Assembly (NCBI GenBank): GCA_964016885.1 | Contig: OZ024741.1 | Span: 293,136,001-293,200,000 of the forward strand | Reading direction: 5' to 3' | From: Eledone cirrhosa | Lineage: Eukaryota | Length of the DNA stretch: 64,000 bases | Shown here: positions 52,422 through 64,000 of the stretch, piece by piece | How positions within the stretch are numbered: position 1 is the stretch's first letter | How the letters are laid out: the number at the start of each line of letters is the position of its first letter | Program-made: the position numbers and the translations under genes | Notes under the pieces: generated by a model | What the model was told of the DNA's origin: nothing | Database searches by the model: none | Seen by the model: the letters and a program-made list of their open reading frames with translations, nothing else

Positions 52422-52587
52422 TGAATATGAATAAATGAAGTTAATTTTAACCTGTTGACTTATACTTCTTATTTCTAGATTACTCTAGAGTAAACAAGTC
52501 GACCTGCACACTTCGTTGAATGTTCTACCATGTATACGGTAATTAACCAACACATACTCAAACTTATACATACACACACACACACAT

Positions 52588-52663
<76 letters not shown>

Positions 52664-52670
<7 letters not shown>

Positions 52671-53360
52671 TTAGAAACACACAGATACATGCGGACACAC
52701 ACATATACATGAATGCATCCACACCCAACCGTGAGTTAAGGGTGCCAACCTCACCGATGTTGCTCAATGAATGACTGGGACAGACCAATCCGGTTGAACC
52801 AGACTGAACCAGTATCAGAGTTAAAAATACATTATGTATATCGGTGAGGTTGGCACCCTTAACTCACGGTTGGGTGTGGATGCATTCATGTATATGTGTG
52901 TGTCCGCATGTATCTGTGTGTTTCTAAATATATTGTTAATAGCTCCCTCTGGTTGAGTAATCTTTGAAGTGTGGTGACTGCTGGAAAGCTGCCATTACTC
53001 ATACTTCTCGCCTCCTTCACCACCTCTTCTACGGCTTCGATATAAATACCCCCTCCGCCTCTGTGGTATTTTCTTCGGGGTTATAAGAGGCTTAGCTCTG
53101 TTTCTCGACCGTTATATCGCGTGACTATCTCCCCCTCCGCCTTTTGGGATTCTTTCTCACGTCGTGTAGACGCGTTCTTGAGACTAGTAAAATGAGGTAT
53201 CCTCTTGATAAGTCGGCAGACCTCGCAGGGACTCTATATCTTTATGATGTATTGTTTTTGTTTATGCCACGAAACCACGTAGTCGAGGAATCTAGGAGCA
53301 GTTTAGGTATGATACATTTTATTACTAATTATATCTAAATGTTTCTTCTCTCTTCATAAT
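52664..53360 (+). mobile_element. PLE-like mini element: 5' foldback (~95-bp arms, 52664-52758/52840-52934) plus 3' hammerhead, between (TA)n tracts
   Basis: Near-perfect inverted arms; HHR at 53200-53289. Confidence 0.7.
53200..53289 (+). ncRNA. Type I hammerhead, U3:A8 variant, long stem II
   Basis: tcctc-TTGATAA-gtcggca...tgccac-GAAA-ccacgtag-TC-gagga; GUC site. Confidence 0.62.
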
Positions 53361-54208
53361 GTATATATATATATATATATATATAGTGAAGAATAAGTAT
53401 GTATAATGGGTTTTTACAACAATTTTACAACAATTTATTTTGAAATTTTTTATTACAGATGTTTTGATGGGTTTGACGACTATACAAACCCATTCTTATT
53501 CAATGGGTTCAACAAATGTAAAAATCCCTTATGCATACTTATTCTTCACTGCATATACTCTACTTGGATTAACAGATGTAATCGGGGATGCTTGAGGATG
53601 TTATCTGGGATGCTTGAGGATGTTATCTTGGATGCTTGAGGATGTTGAGTTCTTACCTAAGGATACGTCAAGCTCTACCAGTTACAATGCCCTTACTGGT
53701 CATCTACCATCATTATGTAAGAATAGCTGTTGGAACAGCAAAATGCCATCAATGATAGTGTTGGGTAAAATTTACTTTGAAGGTGAGAAATCAGCTACTA
53801 GAAGTGAGTTGGTCCACAGAAGTGATAGGAAGAAAATGAATGAGACAAGATCACTGCATAACGCCCGAGATCTCGGTGCTGTGTCATTGACATTGACAGG
53901 TGCAATTGGGCATGGTCAGCTTTTATCACTTCATCTTAAGTCTTCCTGGGTCTTCTCTCTCCTTATATATATCTATACCACCTCTGTTGGTCAACTAGCA
54001 TAGAACAAAGGATAACCTTGGACAGAAACATAAACTTTCCTCTCTAAATATGTATGTGAAAACTAATAATTTTCTTCTCCATTTTATTTTTATAAATAAA
54101 TGTTTTGATATTATACTGAAAAAAATCCCTCCACCATTTTCTACTGTATTTTTTCCTTTTTACTATTTGTTTATATATATATCAACTCGTGTGTCACTTT
54201 TCTACATT

Positions 54209-54280
<72 letters not shown>

Positions 54281-54282
<2 letters not shown>

Positions 54283-56470
54283 TCATCATCATCATCATCA
54301 CCGTTTTACGTCCGTTCTTCCACGCTAGCATGGGTTAGATGGGTTGTCCTGTTGTGGGCAGTGTCTGGTCGGCTGACCATGCCTTGCTCATACAGGAACT
54401 GATCTGGCTTGATTTCTACAGCTGGATGCCCTTCCTAACACCAACCTCATTTACAGTGAGTGCTGGGTGCTTTTTCGTGGCGCCTACACGTCCACTTTAC
54501 AGTGTGGGCTGGGTGCTTTTTTGCCGTGGCACCTCCACGACCACCTTGCGGTGGGGGGGAGGGGCATATTGTTTATATGCTTCAGCATGTACCCATGGGA
54601 GGTCGGGTACCCTGTATTACTGCGTGACGCCAGAAGTCACGGTCGTGTGTCATTGACTTTGAGAGGTGTAGTTGGGTAAGGTCGGCTTTTATCACCTCAT
54701 CCCAAGTCATCTTGGGTCTCCCCACTCCGCGGTTTCCATCAACTTCTAGTGCTCTGCACCTTTTTATGCAGCTGTCATCCTTCATACGCATCACATGTCC
54801 ATACCAGCGTAACCGCCTCTCCTGCACGCAGCATTTGATTCCTCTTATGCTCAGTCTCTCTCTCAATTCCTTTATGCTTTGTCGTTCACGTATATTACTG
54901 TTACACATCCATCGGAGAATGCAGGCTTCGTTTCTCTCTAATCTACGTAAGTCTTCCACCTTCAGCGCCCAGGTCTCACTACCATGCAACATCGCTGTTC
55001 GGATACACGCATCATACAGTCTGCCTTTCATTCTGAGGGAGAAGCCTTTTGCAGCTAGCAGTGGTAGTAGTTCCCTAAACTTCTTCCATCCCGTTCTTAC
55101 CCTAGTTATTGTACTTTCTGAGCACCCACCTCCGTTGCTAATTCGGTCACCTAGATAGCAGAAGCTGTCTACTGTTTCTACAGGGCCCTCCCAGACATTG
55201 GTGGTACTTGTTTCCTGTGGCTGTTTGCTTGCTGTTTCAGCACAGCTGCTGCATGTGAATCCTACATTCTTAATTAAGCTTCCTGAGATCCCGCTACATC
55301 TCTTGTGTACCCATTGTTTGCATTTGGGGCAGAGAATGGAGTTCCTACCTACACCTTTCCTACATACTGAGCAAGGCCATTTCCCTGAGGGGATCTGGGT
55401 TCTGTTTTCTCGTCTACTTATAAGGACCTTAGTCTTTGTCATGTTGACTTTGAGGCCCTTTCTCTCTAGTCCCTGCTTCCAGGTTTGGAATTTATTCTCT
55501 AGTTCTACCATAGATTCAGCTATGAGTGCGAGGTCATCAGCATACAGGAGTTCCCATGGGCATCCGGTTTTAAACTCCTCCGTTATTGCCTGCAGGACTA
55601 TGATGAACAGGAGAGGGCTAAGAACAGAGCCCTGGTGGACCCCAACCTGTACGCTAAATTCCTCGCTATACTCATTGCCAATCCTAACTTTGCTGACTGC
55701 TCCCCTATACATGGCTTGTACCGCTTTCACAAGCCATTCATCTACTCCTAGTTTTCTAAGAGCCCACCAGATTACTGCACGTGGAACTCTGTCAAAGGCT
55801 TTCTCAAGGTCGACAAATGCCAAGTAGAGTGGCTTACTTTTAGCTAGGTACTTTTCCTGTAATTGCCTCACAAGGAAGAGGGCATCAGTGGTGCCTTTCC
55901 CTGGTACAAACCCAAATTGCATCTCGTCTATATTCACCCGGTCCCTAATCAGCTGTGCTATAACTCTTTCTGTTACTTTCATGACCTGGTCCATCAACTT
56001 TATACCTCTATAGTTTCCTCTATCTAGTGCATCGCCTTTACCTTTGTAGCAGTTGACAATGATGCTACTGCACCAATCTTTTGGTATAGCCCCCTCTAGT
56101 ATTACCTGGTTAACGATACGTGTGGTTATAGTGTGACCTACAGACCCGGATGCCTTCAGCATCTCGGCAGCTATACCCGATGGACCGGTTGCCTTCCCTA
56201 TCTTCATATCTCTGATTGCCTTACTTACTACGCTGCCGCTGACTTGTACTGCTGGTCCCTCTATAGGGTCTACGTGGGGTAGGGTCTCTTCTTCCCATGC
56301 ATTCTCCTCATTTAGTAATCTATCATAATGACTCTTCCATGCATCTTTCTTCTCAGCACTTGTGAGGGCAAGCTCACCTTTATCATTCCGGATACACTTC
56401 TCTCCAATGACATCACAACTATCTCTGACACACTGCCTCGCAATCTTGAATACCTCCTGTTTCTGGTCCT
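54281..56470 (-). mobile_element. RTE family A copy, 5'-truncated
   Basis: Nearly identical to 7341-9528. Confidence 0.93.
54582..56207 (-). CDS. RTE reverse transcriptase (partial) with PHD-like insertion
   Basis: Same motifs as 7640-9712. Confidence 0.9.
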   Translation of the reverse strand: MKIGKATGPSGIAAEMLKASGSVGHTITTRIVNQVILEGAIPKDWCSSIIVNCYKGKGDALDRGNYRGIKLMDQVMKVTERVIAQLIRDRVNIDEMQFGFVPGKGTTDALFLVRQLQEKYLAKSKPLYLAFVDLEKAFDRVPRAVIWWALRKLGVDEWLVKAVQAMYRGAVSKVRIGNEYSEEFSVQVGVHQGSVLSPLLFIIVLQAITEEFKTGCPWELLYADDLALIAESMVELENKFQTWKQGLERKGLKVNMTKTKVLISRRENRTQIPSGKWPCSVCRKGVGRNSILCPKCKQWVHKRCSGISGSLIKNVGFTCSSCAETASKQPQETSTTNVWEGPVETVDSFCYLGDRISNGGGCSESTITRVRTGWKKFRELLPLLAAKGFSLRMKGRLYDACIRTAMLHGSETWALKVEDLRRLERNEACILRWMCNSNIRERQSIKELRERLSIRGIKCCVQERRLRWYGHVMRMKDDSCIKRCRALEVDGNRGVGRPKMTWDEVIKADLTQLHLSKSMTHDRDFWRHAVIQGTRPPMGTC

Positions 56471-57401
56471 ATATATATATATAGGAACGAGTAGGACCCC
56501 GACGGCTGAGCTCATGCCGATTCGACGGCTAATTAAGTTAGAAGTAATAGTGATAATGGTAGAGGTTATGAAGATGATCATGGCTTTGGCGACACCAGCA
56601 TATTCCTCATGTGATAGGTTTTGTCTTTCTTCTTTCCTAAAATGATTCATCATTTCATTTTAATTATCTTACAATTGTTAAAAGCAGTAAAGTGTATTGT
56701 TTTCTTTTAAGGATATCTACACTGTTACATTGAACAAGTCAAATTAATCAGAAATGAGTTTCCTTGCTGCATTATTTAGGGGCCATGTACCAAGTTTGTG
56801 GTAAATAATCCTTAAAATGACTCCATATTAAAGGAAACAGAACTACAATTTTTTTCATGTTTAGTCAAGGCGAGAAGAGCAACACCCATAACCCTTTTTA
56901 GGGTTCCTGAAAGGAGTGAGAAAAATATTTTAGAAATTTGAGACCTGCTCTGAATATATGCTAAAGAAAGGACTCCACTTAACACCTCAGATGCAATGTG
57001 GTGGTGTTAAACCAGTCGCTGGATTAAGTTTATGACCTAAATAGATTGGGAAAGAGGACTGCACTACTACTGCTATAGAACTTTCTTTAATTAACCCAAG
57101 AATAAGAGACAAAATTGATCTTGGTAAGATTTGAACACAGAGCACAGATAGCCAGAATTACTTATCACTTATACTCCCTCGCAAACACATCTACATGTGT
57201 AATATAATGTAAATTCAAGCAACAAATATATTGTTTTGCATACCTACACACGCACAGTCAGACATTATATACAGCTAAGTATGCATATATAATACATATG
57301 TCTGCGTGTTCACACATACAAACATACACACATACATACATACACTAACATTATATTCAACTATGCATATATGATATAATATATATGTATGTGTGCATAT
57401 A

Positions 57402-57457
<56 letters not shown>

Positions 57458-58237
57458 CACATGCACACACATACACAAATGTGCATACACGCTAATGTTG
57501 ATATTATTTACAACTATATATAAACAATATATATGTATATGTGTATAATAATATATATATATATATATGTATATTTGTGTGAATACACACATATACACTC
57601 ACACACGCACACACACACACGCATGCACACACGCACTTATGTGTGGTGGATGTAAGGGACAAAATATGATTACAAAGCAATCAAACAGCATACAGAAACA
57701 GAGAGAGAGTCACGCAATAACTGTAATAAAAACATATTAATATATTATTATGTGTAAATATAAATTTCTATAAGTATTTAATAAGTAGTTAGAGAACAAT
57801 ACAGATGAAATGTTTCTTGTATTTCTCTCTTTTACTTGTTTACATATTTGGAAATATTAACATGAAGTTTTCATATTGTATTTTGTTATTGAGATGGACG
57901 AAAAATATAATATATTCCATATAGTTAAAGTGTGGTATTTAAACCATTTGTGATTTCATTGAATACTGTTGGACTGCAGACAGAGAGGGTGGGTGAGGGG
58001 TGGTGTGAAGATGGAAAGAGTGGTGGGGTAGTGGGGCGTTGTGATGGTTGTTCAGCTTAAGGAAAATAATGATAATATTAAATAATATCTGATATGTTTA
58101 TTGTTAGTGTAGTTATTTGAAAAATAGGAATCAAAAGTTATATAGAAATACGTACATATCAGAGTGTGTGTGGTGTATTTATTTATACACGCACACACAT
58201 ACACACACACATATATATAAATATATATATATATATA

Positions 58238-58730
58238 GTAGCATTAAAGCCCGGCGTTGCTCGGGCTCAGTAAGTTACCAAAGTTAGGTTGCAGCACCCA
58301 TTTTATGGCAGCACTTTTTTGTCTGCCAGGCACTGGGTGAATGAATTGCAGACCTGGACTGCCGAAGCAGGAGCTGCACCAGCAGTGACAATTGTAGTTT
58401 CGCCTATGGATATTATCTCTGTGCAAAGAAGTGTTGAAATTTATTGTTTCACAGTACTTGTGCAACACGCGCGTTGACGATGCCAGCTGAACAACAGAGC
58501 TGAGATGGAGTTGTTCTGCATGGTTGTCTAATGTGTGTTTTCTAAATTTAAGACAGTAGGGAGGGGTGTGATATGGGGGAGAGTTAGCTGCTGTTTCTAG
58601 CAGGTTTAGTGACCTCATAGAGGATATGTTTTCTACATTTAAGACAGTAGGGAGTGGTTTGATATGGGGGAGAGTTAGCTGCTGTTTCTAGCAGGTTTAG
58701 TGACCACATAGAGGATATTATTGTGTATAG
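58238..58730 (-). mobile_element. Helitron-like 3' end fragment with an internal ~95-bp tandem duplication
   Basis: tagcattaaagcccggcgttgctcggg matches the terminus at 43181; no 5' end recognised. Confidence 0.55.
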
Positions 58731-58915
58731 TAAATGAACTGATACTTCTTTCTTCCACTTTCGTTGATAGATGTTTTAAAAAAGATTTATCGCTATTCCA
58801 AGGACACATTGAGTTCTAACAACGTTATTAGCCCAACCCCAAGCAGGTGGATACAAGCTGTCGATACGGCCGGAGCTCAGCCGTCAGGGTCCTGACTCTT
58901 TTCCTATATATATCC

Positions 58916-60037
58916 TCATCATCATCATTTCACGTCTATCTTCCACGCTAGCATGGGTTAGACGGGAATTGACCCACTTGAGGCAAGATTGGTTAGGTGA
59001 CTATGTCTCGCTCGTATGGGACTATCTGGCAGGTATTCTATGGCTGGATGCCCTTCCTAACACCAACCACGTTTACAGCGTGGACTGGGAGGTTTTTACC
59101 GTGTTACCTACATGACCACATTACAGCGTGGACTGTGTGTTTTTTGTCATGACACCTCCACGACCTCATTAGTTTGGACTGGATGTTGTGGTACCAGCAT
59201 AACTTTACAGAGAAAGGGTGGTGTTGGCGGGAGTGGAAGGATGGAATATGGGTAATGGGTTAGCGTGTGTATTGGTTTAGAGGGGCCTACTGACTGTAGG
59301 TTAACTTTGCATATAGGGAAACCAAAGATCTCGATCCAGTGACATTGTCTTAGAGAGGTTCAAGGTCGGAATTTATCATGTCGTCCCAGGTTTTTCTGGG
59401 TCTACTTACTCCGTAACTTCCATCAATTTTGATCACCCTGAACTTTTTTATACAGCTGTCGTCTTTCATGCACATCACGTGACCGTACCAACGTAATCTT
59501 CTCTCAAGTAAACAAAATGTGATCCCTCTTATTCCTAATTTCTCACTTAGTTCATTTTATGTTTTGCCGTTCGTGTATTACACATCCAATGGAGCATGCA
59601 TGCTTCGTTCCTTTCCAGTCTGCATATGTCCTCTGCACACAATGCCCATGTCTCACTACCATATAACATTGCTATTTGTATACAAGTATCATACAATCTG
59701 CCTTTCATTTTTAGAGAGAAACCTTTTGTGGCCAACAGCAGTATAAGTTCTCTGAACTAACTCCGGGTACTGTACTTTCAGAGCACCTTCCACTACTGCT
59801 GATTTTGTCACCCAGGTAACGGAAAGTGCCCACTATTTCTATAGAACCATCGGGGCAGTAGAAGGAGCTAGTATCCTGTGGGCACTTGCTACTTATTGCA
59901 CCTGAGCATCGGCCACATATAAAATCTACGTTCTTAGATAGCTTGCCTGTGATCCCACTACATCTTTTATGTACCCATAGTTTGCATTTTGGACATAGAA
60001 TGGAATTTCTACCTACTCATTTCCTACACACTGAGCA
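58916..60037 (-). mobile_element. Older RTE family C 3' fragment
   Basis: GFSLKMKGRLYD, LYGSETW, PHD remnant, tail with 3-4 internal units and (ATG)n. Confidence 0.85.
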
Positions 60038-60053
60038 TATATATATATATATA

Positions 60054-61359
60054 AAGGGTGTGGACGATATTTGTTCGCAATTTTCAACTGCTAATTTTAT
60101 GCAAATTATTTTTACTTCCGTTGTCACTCTTGTCTTCATAAATACAGTGACTATATTTCCATTATTTATTTTCAGAATAATTGATTATGAATAATTTTGA
60201 ACCTCCAAATTTGTGGAAGAGACACAGAGTTCTTCTTGGAATCCGCGCCGGAAGGACAAATAAGGAAATTTCAGACATTCTCAGCGTCAGCAGGAGAATG
60301 GTGGAAAAGGTCAGAAAGGAATTGGAAGATTCAGGATTCGACTACGAAGCAACATCAGAGAGAAAAACACATGATCGACGATCTGACGTCTTCAGAGCGC
60401 CCGAGTTCGTTGGTGAAGTTCAGGATATCATCAACAATGAACCTAGCAAGTCGATGCATGCCATTGCAAGAGAGAAAGGCGTGGATGAAAAGCTCATTAG
60501 GCTGGTGGTACATGAAGACATTCGCCACGTTTCATACAAGATGAAGAAAGGACAATTTCTGTCAAAGGCGATGCAAGAAAAGCGACTGAAGCACGCAAAG
60601 AAGCTGATCAACAAGTTGAAACACCCACTGGAGCCAGACATGCTGTGGTTTTTCTCCGACGAGAAAAACTTCTGCCAAGACCAGAAGATCAACTCCCAGA
60701 ACAACAGTGGCTCGCTGTCTCATCCAACGACGTGCCCAGAGTCATGCAGACAAAGTTTCCAGCGACAACATTGGTCTTAGGTGTCGTCAGCAATCAAGGT
60801 GACGTCATGCCACCTCACTTCTTGCCTGAGGGCCTCAAGCTGAACACCGATGGCTACATCCGCGTTCTGAGCGAGGTAGTAAAGCCCTGGATCGACCAGG
60901 TAGCTGCAGGTAGGCCGTACGTGTGGCAGCAAGACTCAGCACCCTGCCATAACAGCCGAAATATACCCAAGCCTGGCTGTCAGAGATCTTCGTCAACCAC
61001 ACTTCACCTGACATCTGGCCTCCCAGCTCGCCTGACTGCAACCCCTCGACTTCTTTGTGTGGGGAGCAGTGGAACGAGACACCAACAGATCTAGCTGCAA
61101 TACGAAAGACGATCTGAAGGCCAGGATCACAAGTGCCTTTAGGTGCCTAAGTCGGGGGACAGTGACAAAGGCCTGTAGCCGGTTCCGAGGCCGCCTTGAG
61201 GCCGTCATCAAAGCCAATGGTGGGTTTATCGAGTGAGATCGAAAGAACAAGTCATGAAAACAAACTGACCCAAGTTTGATAAATATATCTTAAAAAATAT
61301 AACTACTGTGTTATTTTATCTAGACAGTAATCTTGCGAACAAATATCGTCTGCACCCTG
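60054..61359 (+). mobile_element. Tc1/mariner DNA transposon, DD37D (maT-like), full length
   Basis: ~27-bp TIRs aagggtgtggacgatatttgttcgcaa / ttgcgaacaaatatcgtctgcaccctg, TA on both sides. Confidence 0.9.
60187..61236 (+). pseudogene. Frameshifted DD37D transposase
   Basis: N-terminal HTH, FFSDEKNF, WQQDSAPCH, WPPSSPDCNP.DFFVW; about 37 residues between D2 and D3 after correcting frameshifts near 60705, 60962 and 61045. Confidence 0.87.
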
Positions 61360-61382
61360 TATATAATATATAAACAAGGATT

Positions 61383-61678
61383 ATTATTTCGTACAAAAGT
61401 GACCCTCTACCGATACTGCCAATCCACCCTCTACCGACCCTCGTCCGACCCTCTACCGATACTGCCAATCCACCAGGGCGGTGGATTGGCAGTATAGGTA
61501 GAGGGTCGGACGCCATGCTTTCCAGCATAGTTACGTCCCTTTACGATCTGAGTTCAAATTCCGCCGAGGTTGACTTTGCCTTTCATCCTTACGGGGTCGA
61601 TAAAATAATGTACCAGTAATGCACTGGGTAATTGCTGGCCTTGTGCCTAAAGTAGAAACAATTATTTCGTACAAAAGT
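61383..61678 (+). mobile_element. Meta/MESC-like SINE with 18-bp TSD and scrambled inverted 5' extension
   Basis: attatttcgtacaaaagt at 61383-61400 and 61661-61678; B box gagttcaaattcc; core gaggttgactttgcctttcatcc. Confidence 0.88.
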
Positions 61679-61792
61679 TCTATTAAATTCTGTTAATTGA
61701 ATGAAAATTTATGATTGTTTCTCAGAAAGACAAGCAATTTATTCCAACATTCTCACTATTATTACAGATACATACATACACACAGAGACACG

Positions 61793-61857
<65 letters not shown>

Positions 61858-62349
61858 GTGTATATATATGTGTATATATATGTGTGTGTGTGATAGCAGT
61901 GAAAGTGGACATTATATGATGATAATAGTGGCACGCACACACATGCTTATAAAATTATTTGTTATTCTATAGACAAGCTTTATTGAAATTTCATAATTCC
62001 TTTTCAAGAATTCAACTGAACTCAAATTTTTAAAAATTTCATTCTTCTTTTTATTCCTCTTTTCTTGCTTCCTTTCTTTTTCCTTTTCTATTTCTCCTTC
62101 TGTGTTTCTTTCTTTCTTTCTCCTTCTATTTGTAAATCAATGGCAATAAATCTATTTACAAATAAAATCATAATTATTTTCCAATTCCCAGACATGCTAA
62201 AAAAAACAAAAGAATAATTTTTTTCCGAAAAGAAAAAAAGACAAAGGAGTATAAAAATGGTTTAGATTTAAGTTAATATGTCAATTAATTTGAAACATTA
62301 AAACATAAATTAGCTGTTAGGAATTTTAATGTAAATGATAGATGTTAGT

Positions 62350-62537
62350 ACTAGTGTCATAACTCTGTAAAGTGGTAGTGTTGCTACCATGATAAACTGT
62401 TTCCATTACACTCTGTAAAATGTTTGGCATTAAGAATGGCATTTCGCCATATGAGCATGATGTGGTTTGCCTGAATCTTCAAGTCTCAACCATGTCCAAC
62501 CCATGCTAGGGTGGAAGCAGATGTAAAGTGATGATGT
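62350..62537 (+). mobile_element. Old RTE-type tail carrying the same unit variant as the 9-kb array, unexpanded
   Basis: ctgtaaagtggtagtgttgctaccatgataaa followed by the usual tail. Confidence 0.65.
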
Positions 62538-62813
62538 AACAAAACGTATTATATGCACCCATTTTTGATAGTAAAGAGAAACAATGTCCCATGGGTTAAA
62601 TACTGTCTCTTGAAGTTTACACACACATCCTATATATGATATAGGGCAGTGTATCTTAACTATTTCATAAATGTATTTCTAATAAAATACACACTCTTTT
62701 AATTAATTAATGACAAATGTTTTAGTGATTTACTGAATGTATTTATTATTTTATTTCTAAAGTAGTAACTTCACATATGTTTCTCATATAAAATTATGTT
62801 GGAACATTTAGTT

Positions 62814-63006
62814 TTAACCCTTTACTATTATATTTTTATAGTAAAGACTTCACCTCACATAATCTCCAATCTATGAGATTTTGATATTATTTATTTTGAG
62901 AACAATACCTTAACAGCAGTATGAGCAGCTGTTTACAGCCAGTTTGAACAGAAAGAGATGAAAGAATTCTGGCTGGATATGGCTGGTTTAAATGCTAAAG
63001 TGTTAA
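62814..63006. mobile_element. TTAA-flanked piggyBac-like MITE
   Basis: ttaa-cccttta ... taaagtg-ttaa imperfect termini. Confidence 0.45.
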
Positions 63007-63319
63007 ATAGGAATCAATTAAAATTGAAGGGCTTGTTTCATAGAACTCGAACCAGTTTTGGGAAGGCTGGCATAAAATGGGTTAGACTGGGTGCTTCGAG
63101 GCATTGTGATGTCAGAAAGGTCATAAATTGTCAAAAAGATTCTATAAGCTGTGCTAGTTATTTAAAGGAGCGGTGATTTTTTAAAAAATGACAATATTTA
63201 AATTAGGTATAATACTTATGTTTTAAACATACTTTCAAAAATAAGCTTTGATAGGAATAAGTTTGATATGGTATGGTGTGTAACACCTGCTGTATTGATA
63301 TACATACATTGGGCATTTA

Positions 63320-63565
63320 AGCCTGGTGGAGCCCATCTCCTATACAGGTCTGAGTACAGCAGATTTCTTCCAGAAAAGAATAGAAAGTGAGAAAGAGATA
63401 TAGAGGAAGAATGGACTCCAGTCCTTGACTGGTACTTTTTTTATCAACCTCAAAAGGAGGAAAGTCAAAGTTGACCTCGGCAGGAGTTGAAGTCAGAGAA
63501 CAGAGAGCTGGAACAAATACCACAAAGCATTCTGATAGTCTCGTGATTCTGCTAAATTGCCACCT
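63320..63565 (-). mobile_element. Meta/MESC-like SINE, long-tail subfamily
   Basis: Homologous to 14820-15085. Confidence 0.7.
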
Positions 63566-64000
63566 TTGATTGGATTAGAACCTATGTAAAACATATCTAC
63601 AAAGAAACACATACAGGATGGTGTAGTAGAAGAGAATATAGAGAATAAACCATTGTGTAAAATTAACATCTGTTTAATTGAAATAATCTGATGTCTGTTT
63701 TTTTATTTTTGCTAAACATAGTGAAAGAGGATGGTTGTAAATTGCCGTTTGATGAAAGGGGACACTGGGCTACAAAAAATTGGGAACTTCTGACGTAGTG
63801 TGTTGAATGTCTCCTTGGAACTTCTCCCTGGGACTGACATTGTAGCCTGGCAGATTACTGATTCTGCTTGGCATAAATTGTGACAAGAGCATAACTCTTT
63901 ATCATTTTGGCAGGTGCAGTTATCTTCACTGTTACCAGGGTTCATAGAATTACTTTAGCTGACTGCCTATAGAATTGGGGTCCAGGTTTTGGGGGACATA

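Noticed and set aside
63712-63945. 77-aa Cys-containing ORF as a host exon
   Set aside because: All three minus-strand frames have stops just upstream and no domain is recognisable; the window edge limits judgement.

Overview
Eukaryotic, AT-rich DNA saturated with repeats; no host gene can be supported. The repeat mix (RTE LINEs with (ATG)n tails, tRNA-head SINEs, long (TA)n tracts) suggests an octopod/cephalopod genome; this is inference. Contents: a 5'-truncated Tx1 LINE in an (ATCT)n tract, several RTE families, a Penelope-like element (PLE; RT + C-terminal GIY-YIG) with inverted pseudo-LTRs, a DD37D Tc1/mariner, a non-autonomous Helitron, SINEs, and a 9-kb array of a 48-bp unit expanded from an RTE-type 3' tail. 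The main hidden signal is a dense set of type I hammerhead ribozyme (HHR) motifs, read by eye, at about a dozen loci from many unrelated sequence families. They lie in short non-coding foldback or partial-tandem units next to (TA)n tracts, consistent with non-autonomous PLE/retrozyme-like elements. Two unrelated families carry the compensatory U3:A8 core variant. All structures were derived manually; none was computed or tested.
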